In this document: positions 22,949 through 35,606 of the stretch, piece after piece | Layout of the letters: every line of letters starts with the position of its first letter | How positions within the stretch are numbered: the first letter of the stretch is position 1 | Source of the DNA: Stylophora pistillata | Lineage: Eukaryota | Length of the DNA stretch: 64,000 nt | Assembly (NCBI RefSeq): GCF_002571385.2 | Contig: NW_019217823.1 | Location: 306,035 to 370,034 of the forward strand | Direction of reading: 5' to 3' | The notes under the pieces: generated by a model | Database searches by the model: none | What the model was told of the DNA's origin: nothing | Seen by the model: only the letters and a program-made list of their open reading frames with translations | Translations under genes and position numbers: made by a program

Positions 22949-25900
22949 ATGTCTTCGGACGACGGTAAGTTGGAAACCCAATCTTAAGTACTTTCCACTT
23001 CAATACCTTTTAGATATATTTGGAAAACTCTCAAACTGAAATTTTCACACTTGCTCTAAGCAACCGACTTTCTTCATACTGAGTTTTCCAACTGGCTTTC
23101 GTCTCAGTTCCCGTTCAGGACTGACAATGGAGTGAACCGAAATGTCTCTTTAACTCGAATTTTTTCGCTGAACGCTCTGCCAGAGAAGCATTCCGATGGT
23201 TCTTAAGGAGATCCTGGAAATGAACAAGGAATGCAATGGCTCCACAAAAGAGCAGTGTTCCCATTACTCTCCAACCGTTGACTGATTCTACGTAAGACCG
23301 CCTCGTCTAGTTTTTCTAGTAGTGGATCATTTCCCGGTTTACAAACAAACATTGTATTGGCTCGTTGTTTTCACCTTTAATGAGCAGCTTAATGGGCATG
23401 CAAAGCTTCAACTCATACGAAGACCTTCGATACATGTTAGGCGATCTTCTTGAAGGCGAAGGATGAGAAAGTTACTCATTAGTTCTTACAGTAGCCCCTC
23501 GCACTTAATCGATAGTTAATCACCGGTTCCCCCAGATAGCAAACCAATTTATATTCAAAACTGTCCCTCGGCAAAGCTTATTTTGAAACACTATTGTAAA
23601 AACACAATGTCACGATACATTGTCTCTATTCGCAACAAGAGACGTATACTTGGATGTTGTGTATGCTAGATCTGATTCAGTTTCAAGTTAAGTTATGGAA
23701 GACATTTCCATTCGTGGGCTCTTACGTCCACCTTGTGTGGCAGTTGACTCCATTTCTTTTTGGAAAATATTAGTTAGAGCGGCTCGCGCGGTTGCATTAA
23801 TATTCAAATGCAATTGTTTTTATTTCAATGATGACGCGCAAGTCTATCTATTGAAATTTGACTGATTGTGAAAGAGTGAATGTGTTACGTCTAACTGATT
23901 GTTTTCAGGAGTTAATATAGGAGAATTATTGTATGTGGAAAAGTTAAAGAGAAAACGGAAAAAAGCATTCATTTAAAGACTTCCGTTCTCACGCTCACAC
24001 CACAAATTATTTTGGGATGCACAATAGGGTTCTGCCCTTGGGTCACAAATTCGAAACTAAATACAAGTTACTAACAAAAGAGAGCAGTCACTCTTCAGCA
24101 GTTCTGCAGAAGGAATTTTTTCGGTTGGGCGGGTTACGTAGTACTGAATATTTTCATGTATTTACAAACAACGAAATGTTAAAAGAGTATTAGAGTATCA
24201 GTAGGTATGAGTAATAGCCTAGTAAACTGAGCAAGGATAAGATTATAAGGCGCAGTTGAATTTACATAAAGAATCTTTCCGCTGCGACGCTGTTTGCTAA
24301 AATCCGAATTGCTAAATATAAATCTTCTTTTTGTTAATTGCCTACGTTGTTTGTTTGGTTTTTTTTTTGTTAGGCTCAAGTATTAGCGACACGAGTTCGG
24401 ATGCTTCCTCACTCATTCCGGGTGAGTATTTTTTTTTTCCATAATAAAACCACCTCAGAAAATGCAGTTGGAAATTATGACCACTAAATTTTTCCATAGC
24501 ACAAGACACTTGAAATCTGCTCTTCAAAGTTTCATTTAGTCAAGTCCATAATTTAGCTAATTCTTTGAAAAACATGAGAAACGTTGCTATGGACTAAGAA
24601 ATACCCTTAATTCCCCAGAAGTTGGAAAATATCAATTATTTCTCATCAACAGTCCTTTTTTAATAAGGTTGGAGTGAATTAAAATTTTTAGTATTTGGTT
24701 TTTAAACTGTGTAGAAACCAATCCCTCGCCTGGCCCCAGTCCGAGCGCATAAATAGTATAAATAGCTCCACTTTCGCGCGCGTTCTAAAATTTGCAAGGA
24801 CTTCTTTAATTAAAGGACGACCAACGTCAGTTCTTTAGGTAGTATTCCCAAATCGTCAGGTATTGTCTTCTATCTTCGCTTGTTTCTTATTTCATCGTGT
24901 GTTATCCGCGTTTCCTATGTTATTTCATGGTTGTAATTGGTTGTTCCGCTCTTAATGTATAAAGTCTGTAACCTTCATTCTAGAAACCACTGGCAATTAC
25001 ATGTTTACTAAGAGTTTAAGAATATCAAATTTCTTTACGCCTTCGAATATTAGCTGGTACGTTGTTAACAAACTGTATTCTTTTTCTTTTCCAATAACAT
25101 TTTTGTTTCTGAATGTCAACTCAAACTGATTTTTGTCGCTATTTGGGAGAGGGCTCCGTTCGCGTTGGGGCCTCTCAATTTCCTTTAACCCAAGCTGAAG
25201 AAGCTTCAGCTGTACTTTTCCGCGAAATGACGTTAGGCGAAAGTGGTGAAAAAGTTTTTGAAATTTCTGAGCCGTTATTCATGCCTTTCTTATGGCTACT
25301 AGGGGGACTGAAATCGAAACGTCGCTCACTGGAAGATTGTAGACGTTGCTAAGTGAAGGCTGTTTACTCCCGTAAAGCTTTTAGGGAACTTCCAAATTCA
25401 AACAACTTGAAATGAATCATACGACCTAAAGATACGACATAAGATGGCATATTATCTTAAATGATGTGGTTTTTCTTAATATGGTAATAAAAAAAATCAG
25501 TGAAACTCTACTTAGAAGTTGTGATGCATCGCTGCGAGTAAACTTTTACTGTATATTCTTGATCGCCGTGAATGTCCTTCCAAATACTCAAGAATTAAGC
25601 TTACTTTGTAGACGAACAATCTGGCAGTAGACCCTCGAGGAAACGGATCCAATATAAAATAAACGTCAAAAATGTTACTGGCGCTGTTGCTGTTGGACCT
25701 CATGCAAGTGCGGGGATCAAAGGTAATTAGAAATAACTGAAAAGAAACCGAGCACACGTTATGATGATGATGCCCATCATATTAGAGCATTCAATACTGC
25801 TGAAATATCGAAGACAGGTATCAATTAAATCTCCCTTAAGCCTCTGTCATCTTAACCCCGTATACTGCTCTTATTATTGATATTATCATACAAGTAGGTC

Positions 25901-28900
25901 AATAGGAAGAAAAGGATTAGCTTTTCGTGAGAAAGGGTATGTCACGCAAACATCCGTTTTCGTCATTACTGCTCTTTTCGTTTCCGTTCGAGGGGATAAA
26001 AAAGGCGCTTGGCGGAACNNNNNNNNNNNNNNNNNNNNNNNNNNNNNNNNNNNNNNNNNNNNNNNNNNNNNNNNNNNNNNNNNNNNNNNNNNNNNNNNNN
26101 NNNNNNNNNNNNNNNNNNNNNNNNNNNNNNNNNNNNNNNNNNNNNNNNNNNNNNNNNNNNNNNNNNNNNNNNNNNNNNNNNNNNNNNNNNNNNNNNNNNN
26201 NNNNNNNNNNNNNNNNNNNNNNNNNNNNNNNNNNNNNNNNNNNNNNNNNNNNNNNNNNNNNNNNNNNNNNNNNNNNNNNNNNNNNNNNNNNNNNNNNNNN
26301 NNNNNNNNNNNNNNNNNNNNNNNNNNNNNNNNNNNNNNNNNNNNNNNNNNNNNNNNNNNNNNNNNNNNNNNNNNNNNNNNNNNNNNNNNNNNNNNNNNNN
26401 NNNNNNNNNNNNNNNNNNNNNNNNNNNNNNNNNNNNNNNNNNNNNNNNNNNNNNNNNNNNNNNNNNNNNNNNNNNNNNNNNNNNNNNNNNNNNNNNNNNN
26501 NNNNNNNNNNNNNNNNNNNNNNNNNNNNNNNNNNNNNNNNNNNNNNNNNNNNNNNNNNNNNNNNNNNNNNNNNNNNNNNNNNNNNNNNNNNNNNNNNNNN
26601 NNNNNNNNNNNNNNNNNNNNNNNNNNNNNNNNNNNNNNNNNNNNNNNNNNNNNNNNNNNNNNNNNNNNNNNNNNNNNNNNNNNNNNNNNNGGTAATAAAA
26701 AAAATCAGTGAAACTCTACTTAGAAGTTGTGATGCATCGCTGCGAGTAAAGTTTTACTGTATTTTCTTGATCGCCGTGAATGTCCTTCCAAATACTCAAG
26801 AATTAAGCTTACTTTGTAGACGAACAATCTGGCAGTAGACCCTCGAGGAAACGGATCCAATATAAAATAAACGTCAAAAATGTTACTGGCGCTGTTGCTG
26901 TTGGACCTCATGCAAGTGCGGGGATCAAAGGTAATTAGAAATAACTGAAAAGAAACCGAGCACACGTTATGATGATGATGCCCATCATATTAGAGCATTC
27001 AATACTGCTGAAATATCGAAGAAAAGTATCAATTAAATCTTCCTTAAGCCTCTGTCATCTTAAACCCGTATACTGCTTTTATTCTCGATATTATCAGACA
27101 AGTAGGTCAAGAGGAAGAAAAGGATTAGCTTTTCGTGAGAAAGGGTATGTCACGCAAACATCCGTTTTCGTCATTACTGCTCTTTTCGTTTCCGTTCGAG
27201 GGGATAAAAAAGGCGCTTGGCGGAACGCAAGAGAAAAGGCTAACTGAGGGAAAATTGGTAATTCGTAGAAAAACAAAGAGCTATTCATTTGCCTTTTGTT
27301 ACTAGCATAAAATTATAGGTTCAGTAAAATTCGCGTACATTTAAGAGCTTGAAGCAACGAAACGATGAAGATTCAAGTTCTGAGGGACTTTTGAATTGGG
27401 GCGCCATGAACCAAAAAGCGATGAAACGGTACAACGTCATCATGTCTAAACACGTGATGCAAACTGGAAAGATCAGAAACAAAATATTGTTAGCGTCCAG
27501 TGTGGAATAAGAAAAATACAGAAGGCAAAAATCAAAATTTGTCACAGAACAATGGAAGACGTTTTGAAAAATTCGTTTGGAAAAACCTGGCACGAGTTTC
27601 AAACTTCTAACTGTTTTTCAGGTGATGAAGAAGTTCCTACTGAGACCGGACAATATCCAGACAATTCCGGAAGTGAAGAAACGATCTCTATGTCCAAGTG
27701 GTCAAACGAAGATTACTTCGAGAATCCGGAAAAATTCATCCAAGACATGGATGACAACGCTGGTCCACTCAAAGACGCCAAAGAAGACTTCCTTCTCCAT
27801 AGCATCCTTCCCTATCTAGAAAAAACGTGGGGTAAATGTCCCTCTTCCAACGAAGAAGTATACGAGAACCTCGCCAAAATTTCTTGCAGCGCAAAATGTG
27901 CCAAAGTCGTGAGCCAAGCACTTCATTTGCTTCTTCATCTGACTGGTAAGGACAACTTTGACAACTGCTGCAACAATTTACTGGTTGTGGAAAAAATTGT
28001 AAGATCATCAATTCTCTCCTCCGAGGGATTGTTCAGAAGAGACAGGATCGATTCAGGAAGAGAAATGAAAGAGCTCAAACTGTGTGTGTACAGCCGTATC
28101 ATCTCCTTGCTAGTCACGCATCAGTCTCTGAAAGGTGATTCCTTTATAAATTTTCTGGGACAAGATTTGAAAAAGCTTAAGGATGAGCTGAAGACATTTG
28201 GCTCGCAGCTGAGAAATAAAGCGAAGGATGGTCTCCGATATTCAACAGAGTTTATCATCAAAGCAATTAACCATCTTTTAAGGCCCAACGATAACTTGCA
28301 GGACTTTCTAGATGAATGTCGAAAGTTCTACCAGAACCAAGAAACCAAACTTGATGATTTGAAGGCTCTTAGTGAGCTTAATTATAAGAAGAAAGGCGAG
28401 TGGCGGATTGATCTACATTACATCGCTCTTCATCTCCAAGGAAAGGTAAGAGCTGAAAGTAGGAAGGAAGATTGAATTCGAAAATTAAGAAAGAGAAACC
28501 TAAAGTATGATGCCGTTCTATTGTAAAAACGTATGGGTAGCAAATACCAACAGCCTTTTCAACTGAAAGTGGACTTCCTTGAATACAAGTACTGGATCGG
28601 ACAGTTGTCAGTTACGAACTCTGAGCTCACCTGTTGATGAACACGCCAGGTTTTAAATATGTACACAAATGAAGGTGTAAATTATGGAAAATTATTATCA
28701 CCAAACAAAAGAAATTAAATTTCAACCTTTCATTGTAAAAAATAAGGGAAGCCACATGTTGAAACATGTTTCATGCAACAAACTGCATTTTCCTTTTTCT
28801 ACAGGTGCGCAGTGAACGTCCAATTCCACGAATGGAGACCGAGAGAAGAGCTATGAACCTGCTCAGACTTCTCGTATTTAAGTACCTTGATGGAAATGGT

Positions 28901-31900
28901 GGACAGGACTGGAGGTTTTGTATGCTGGCAGCTACAATATTCTCAGACATTTCAATGAAGAACGAGACAAAAGGTGAAACAGAACTATCAATAGCAAAGA
29001 GTATTATTTCTGTTCGCGTTTTGAAGGTCAGAATTATATGACGTTAACGCAGGGGCAAAAAGAAATAGTGCTAAGGCTATACTGACAGTAATTATGAAAC
29101 GGGCCATTAGTGGATCAAGGAGATCCCGTCTTAGTTCAAACTCGAAACTTTGCCAGCCAAGTCTCTCGATCCTATCATAGTCTAATATAAAGGTCATTTA
29201 TTTGTTATTTTCCCCAAACAGAAATAAGGACAGAGGCAGGTAGTAGCTTGGCGTATCTTCTAAAAGATCCCCAAGTACGTAAGACTCCGGAGTGCAAGGC
29301 CATCATTCAGAGCCAAGCCGAGAAAGCGCTGTTCTCTCCTGATGTAGAAACCAGGACGTTTCTGACCCATTCTTTGAGTGAGAACATAAATCGGGAGGTA
29401 GAACTTGACACAATACAGCACACCAAACACCTTTCTTGGAAATACAAGACTCAGACACTGGAAATCAATGATACAACCATAAGTAGAAGCTCGACCTGCT
29501 TTGTGAATCATGCCATGTTCCAGAGACAGAAGGTGGCCGTTAAAGTTCTCTTGGTGAAAAGGCAGCATCTCGTGGAAGAGAACCCAAACCCTTCGGCTAA
29601 GGAGAGTCTGAAACGAGAAGCCGAAAACCTGAGACTATTAAACAAAGAACGGCAGGCAAAATTTCCAGTTTTGTTGGCATATGACACTAAAACTCTGCCA
29701 TACCACCTCATTACCGCATTTGAAAAATCAGGGGACCTGTTGCAGTTTCTTCGGAGGTCGCGTGGGAGAAATCCTCCTCTTCAACCAGTCCAGCTCATTA
29801 AGATGCTGTTAGATATCACTGACGCTCTCCACTTTTTAGAAGTAAAAGGTTTGGTTCATCGCGCTGTAATGGCGGAAAATGTACTCGTCGGAGACAATTA
29901 TATCTGTAAATTGAGTGGCATGCAACACCTTCGGCAGGTTACCAGCCAGGGTAAGACATGATTGAAGCTTGATNNNNNNNNNNNNNNNNNNNNNNNNNNN
30001 NNNNNNNNNNNNNNNNNNNNNNNNNNNNNNNNNNNNNNNNNNNNNNNNNNNNNNNNNNNNNNNNNNNNNNNNNNNNNNNNNNNNNNNNNNNNNNNNNNNN
30101 NNNNNNNNNNNNNNNNNNNNNNNNNNNNNNNNNNNNNNNNNNNNNNNNNNNNNNNNNNNNNNNNNNNNNNNNNNNNNNNNNNNNNNNNNNNNNNNNNNNN
30201 NNNNNNNNNNNNNNNNNNNNNNNNNNNNNNNNNNNNNNNNNNNNNNNNNNNNNNNNNNNNNNNNNNNNNNNNNNNNNNNNNNAACCATGCCGACCTCTAT
30301 ATATATATATAGAGGTCGGCATGGTTTCAAAATTTACGATTACGAAGACTTTAATACTAGCTCTACGTTTTTAAGGTGAAAAATGGTTGGGAGATCCTGC
30401 CTTCTGAGCGGTGTTTTGAAGAAAAGGAATACCAACTGATGCAGCAGTGCTTTCAGTTCCATCCAAAAAAGAGACCCAAATTACTTGACGTCCAAAAAAG
30501 CCTTTGCGAGATGAATGAAAATGCAGGTGATTACACGTGTTGACCTTACTGGCACGTAGACGCTTCACCAACACTCAGCAATTATATCATGAATAATTCT
30601 AGACATCAATAGTTGCTTGTAAAAAGAATGCCCAGCTTGACATAAAAACTATAATACATAACTGTGAAATTACAAACGAACTCTAAACGATGAAAAATTG
30701 TGCTACAACATAGACGTGAAAGTTAAAATCGAAGTTTTTTCTTTTTCAGACGAGGAACAAGCACGGCTTGACCCACCTCCCCTTGACTTACAAGTCACAT
30801 ATGAATTTGTAAGTTTGGTTACTTTATTCAATTTAATATCGAGTGGACGCTGCGAAATTCGTTAAATATCAACCGAATGTATTGACCAATCACAAACTTA
30901 CACTCTCATATCGTATTGAAAACCTTATCCCAATAAAAACTTGAAGTAAACTGAGTCAAACGACTCCCCTCGAGTTTCCTCGAGTTTCAAGAGGAATTAT
31001 TAATGACTACATTTGCTATGGATTAATTAGTCATTTTTGTTTTCTAGCCTGCACGAAATGCTGAAGATATAAAAAGCTTTTATTCAGGTACACGTTTATT
31101 GTTGTCAACGAAACAGCTATGTCATTCTTTATTAATCGGCCTCAAAGGCGAGCCAGAGAGAAGAGTCCCCTTTCAGTTTATTGGACTGAAAAAAATGTGT
31201 TGGGTCGTGTTTGTTGTTGTGGTTGTTTTGTTCTGCTTTGTTTCTTTGTTTTTTTGTTTTGGTCTTTTGTTTTTTNTTTTTTTTTTTTTTCATTTTACTG
31301 ATTTTCTTTTGTTTTTGAGGTGTTTCAGTTTAATTATTTCACTGTGAAAGAGAAAGTGATTGAAAGTTCATGTTATCTTGAGTAGAATAAATCGGGTAGC
31401 AACGAGTTTTTTGTGATAAAGCCTTTTATCGCAACTATAAAAAAAAAATTGGATTTCTGCATTTTATAATTGAGTAACAAGTTTCATTCCTTAGATCCTG
31501 TTTACGAAGACTGTAATTTCCTGTCTACCGAGCATGACCAACCTGCGTCAAATGGTAAAGTGTGATTTTAGTTTCCGACAATAAAATTGACAGTCCGACC
31601 TACTGACTGATAGACGAACTAACTGTCTGATTATCATTAGTTATCAAAGTGAGCTTACAACTGTTACTTCTCTTTCAATTTTTTTCCCCTCAGGTCTTTA
31701 CTATGTACACAACTTGGTGTCAGATGAAGAGAGAGCAGNACATAGTCATGATCAATTCAACTATTTACTTTTTTTCAGAGAGCCAATGAAGTCCTGGATT
31801 ATGAAGTTATGGCTGCAAAATCATGACAAAAGTAAATGGCCAGATTTGTCCATCCGTCAACCACAAGATGCTTGCCATGTAACAAATTCAGACCAACACC

Positions 31901-32868
31901 CCTCTAGCGATGTCATAGAGAAGATGTGCTCGCCTGACTTCTTCTCCAAGCACGAATACAAATACGTCAGCCGCACTTTTTTTACGACAAGCAGCGACGA
32001 TGACTACTCAAAAGCATACGGAACATCAGACATGCAAGAGATGAGGAATGATTTAGAGTACCAAACAGCTTGTGGTGAATATACAACGGAAGAAGGAACC
32101 CCAGAGCTTGTGCCAGTCCCCGAGCCACAAAAGACACCCAACAACGATGAATCTGGTTACTTATGTCCTGTTTCAATTAAAATTGAAGATCTGAGCTCTA
32201 TTGAGAGCAACCAGGGAAATGTTAGCGGCGTAGCAGATTTCCCAAGAAGCCATGAACAAAAAAACGTAGTCTCCAGTACAGGAACTTTTTATCTTCAAGT
32301 TAAAAAGGTAAAGAAAAGAGTTGAAACACATGACGTCAGTGCAATCGAGGCGAATGAAGACAAGGTACCACTGATGGATGACAAACCTCATTTGAATTAC
32401 GTCAATCTGGGGCCACAGCCAGATCAACATCACGCTGCCTTTTATCAAAAGATTGAATTAGTTCCCAAAGAAGGGAGCTGTGAACTCGAAGAAGATGCGA
32501 AGAAGGCCGCGGCGGCTTGTGAGAAACCAACTGAAGAAATGAATGGAGCAGTTTATTGCAAAGTCAAGAAGACGAAAAATCCGCACGAATTAAAGGACCA
32601 GCTGGTTCCCCTGAATCATCAGTTGTATGCAAACGTGGACGCTAGCAGTGTTACGACGCATACCTTGCCACTCGCAGACATGGAAGGTGAACAGTCTGAC
32701 ATGGAAACTATACATAAAGAAATGGAAGCGGAGCAAAATTTCCGTCAGACAGACGAACATTCGTGGAATACAGTTCGCGAAAAGTATGGTGCCGAGAAAA
32801 ATGGAAGTAACTCTTCCCTTCCAGTTTGGTTAAAGGATCCCGAATTAGAGGTCGTGTTTTATGTTTAA
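22949..32868 (+). CDS. Gene B: paralog of gene A, incomplete in this assembly (APE exon in the N gap; pseudokinase 2 exons absent)
   Basis: Exons: putative start 22949-22964 (ATG TCT TCG GAC GAC G|gtaagt), 27622-28445, 28805-28973, 29222-29950 (VAVK, HRAVMAENVLV, KLSGMQ), [gap 29974-30282], 30376-30526, 30750-30808, 31048-31087, 31495-31554, 31694-~31738 (ends at 'n'), 31779-32868 (EPMKSWIMKLWL...KWPDL box and Tyr-rich tail). The start exon is inferred from phase and from the equivalent 16-nt exon in gene C. Confidence 0.8.
25483..27226 (+). repeat. Near-identical 536-bp direct repeat flanking an N gap (probably an allelic overlap artefact)
   Basis: 25483-26018 versus 26691-27226 differ by a few SNPs, and both copies abut the gap. 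Confidence 0.85.
30283..30326. repeat. Perfect 44-bp palindrome centred on (TA)n, adjacent to a gap
   Basis: aaccatgccgacctct-atatatatatat-agaggtcggcatggtt. Confidence 0.8.
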
Positions 32869-33418
32869 TGGCTTTAACCCTTGAGTGGAAAAGCAATACT
32901 TAAGCGATGACATACTTTGAAATTTCGATTTCAACATGATGGGGGAAAAAATCGTGTCTTCATTAGTATAGGTAATCGCATGGGGCTGGGTAAAATTAAG
33001 GATTAATGTCATGCATGTTTTCAGGAGTTGCTCGACTCTGGCAATTTTAGCAACTTGTGAAAATACAAGTGATATTAATAATTAATTTTACGAGGATCCA
33101 TTGCGATTACTTATTAATGACTAGAGGGTAAAAATACTGAATTTCTGAAGTCACAGGAAGCCATTTAATGTTGACAAAGAATCAATCAACACAACCGCGC
33201 GATTGAGCTGAATGAAATTTAATTCTTGCACAAACATACCAGGACATTGAAAACCAGGCCTGCTAACAAACTTTCAAGTTTGAAAATACAACGTTAGTGC
33301 TTTTTCAAACAACCTGAGAGCCAATAGTGAGCAAGTAATTTTTCCCTCTTTACAATCAAAATTAAGAAAAAATACCCTCTACGTTGACCATTCAGCATTC
33401 AGTAATTTTGCCCTCTAC

Positions 33419-33524
33419 GACTACAAACTAGTATCATTTGATGTGAAATCACTGTTCACAAGTATTCCACTTCAGTTGGCATTACAATGTACTGAGACTG
33501 CAATCCGACAATCTACCGACCCAC
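33419..33524 (+). mobile_element. Penelope-type reverse transcriptase fragment
   Basis: Translates DYKLVSFDVKSLFTSIPLQLALQC (RT motif A, PLE-type). It is cut by the 'n' at 33525. Confidence 0.7.
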
Positions 33525-35470
33525 NCAAAGCATTCATGACTTTGTGTAGATAACATGAAAATACTAGTCAAATTCATTTCAATATAACTGAAATGGAAAT
33601 CAGCTTTGTCAATCACGACTGTGTCGTATTTCCGGTTTAGAGAGGTTTGGACGCTTTCATAAGGAAACTAAGTGTTCATAGATTTAAACTTAAACGTTTA
33701 GAAGAAGGCATCATTTTTCGATGGTAAACTATATGATTAGTCTCAGTGAGACCATACTTGATCTATGACTAAACAGGTAAATAGATAAATGCCTGAAATC
33801 CTTGCATACCTACAAGGTGTATAATCAAATATATCCAGCGACGCTGAAAACGTGGAGGAAAGTAACAATGCATTCCAAAACAGTATACAAAGACTGAACT
33901 TTTTTGTTTTTTGAGGACAGATGTAGCAACAACTTAACACCTATTTTAATATTCTCTTATATATTATTTGAAAAATCCAAATATGCGGAGTCCAGTCGAA
34001 CGTTTCCCCAACCTTACACTGTCTGTGTCACATCCCTTTTTAAGGAAACAAGAGTAGCAGAGAAAGACAACCCAGTTCTCAAATCTTCCTTAAAGCTGCA
34101 GCTATATACACAATTGAAAAATCATGACGATTTCTAATTTAATAAAACTAATCCTAGTCAGTTCTTTTAAAAGAGAAGTATAGTCGTTTGTCTCACGATG
34201 TGGTCACTTCGGATGCGGATCGCGACGTTTCGACTGCGCACTGCTAGTCTCCGTCAAGTGATGAGATCGATCAATTCTTGCTTAGTTATCTCGCGAGTCT
34301 ATGACTTAATGACCATATTTAAACAAACCACACTAATTTAGAGGACCATTGCATAATGGAGCACTTTATGTAGATTTGCAACCTAGGACTGCTGGAATTA
34401 TTTTTCAGCCTGAACAATGCATAATTACACGTAATCCACAAGGTTACCATCATTTACGGATCATTGGATAGAGGTAGAAACTCCCTAGTTTGATGAACCA
34501 TCAATTTTTGGATCTAGTAATGATATTACAACTGATGGTGACAGATTTTATGATTATAAAAATTAATATTCTATGAACACTCTATCTGTGTTTGCTGACA
34601 TTCGTTTTAGTTCGCTTTTGCATTGACTACCACAGTAAACCTCGCCAGGTCCAACCTTTTGAGCCGGTTATTTACACGAGGTCTAATCCACACTGCGGTT
34701 TTATATCACTGTCTGAATGACTGAGACATCTGAGTACCATATAAAATGTTAACTCGGGCTTAAAATATAAATTTTTGCCAAGTCGAAATCAATTAAAAGA
34801 TTACGTCTAATAGGATTACAAAGAAAAGCAACTACAGTCAGGAAATACTGCAACCGGTGCAGTTCTAAAATTACTGCTCATGCAAATGACATTGTGTTGA
34901 ATGAATACCACAAAAACCCCTCGAGTATTAAAATGACAGTTTATTGTTTTTCCTATGACGGACCCTGTGATCCCTTTATTAACTTTAACCCTACGGTTAC
35001 TTGAAATCTCTCCCACTGGCTGATCATCACCTCAACAAAACGGGTTTTTCCCAGTAGGTGTTTCCCTTAAGTACAGTGGTGTGCAAGCTAAGTAAAGTAA
35101 GGTTTGAAATCCAGAAATAACCCCTTAAGACAAAGTAATCGATGCGACATTCCAAACCTCTTCAGTGAACTATTGCATCATTCAAAGCTTATCGTCAAAC
35201 CACATTTACATCCGTTCCTTCATTTACGTAACGCAAAATGCACTGATGCTCCGTCAGCTTTCATCTGGGACAGTCCCTGGCATAAAGACAGGAAAATGAA
35301 GCATTTTCAGTCTCAATGTGCGCATGTCAACTCATAATGAAGTTGTTTTAGACTTGAATTCTCCTTTCCTATCCACGTGACTTGTCATCGTTATTGTAAG
35401 GAGAAATTAGATTATTTCCCGTCTGTCACGCTTCTTTGACAGCTCTTGCCTATTTCCGCTAATCATTTAA

Positions 35471-35519
35471 GGGAAAAATCCCTTCGCTTTAAATCAAGGA
35501 CCCTTCACGGGAAAACCCC
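35471..35519 (+). promoter_or_regulatory. Pair of kappaB-like sites ~90-135 nt upstream of the gene C ATG
   Basis: GGGAAAAATCCC (35471) and GGGAAAACCCC (35509); a further GGGTTTTTCCC at 35042; AT-rich TATA-like stretch at ~35533. Confidence 0.5.
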
Positions 35520-35606
35520 GTGTTGAGATTTGTAAATTATTTAAACAGTTGTTCAGTGTCCACTGCAATTTCTTGCACTAGCACAATACGCAAGGCTTCA
35601 TCAATA

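Noticed and set aside
25483-27226. LTR pair or true tandem duplication
   Set aside because: Both copies abut the same gap, lack TG..CA termini and differ at allele-like levels.
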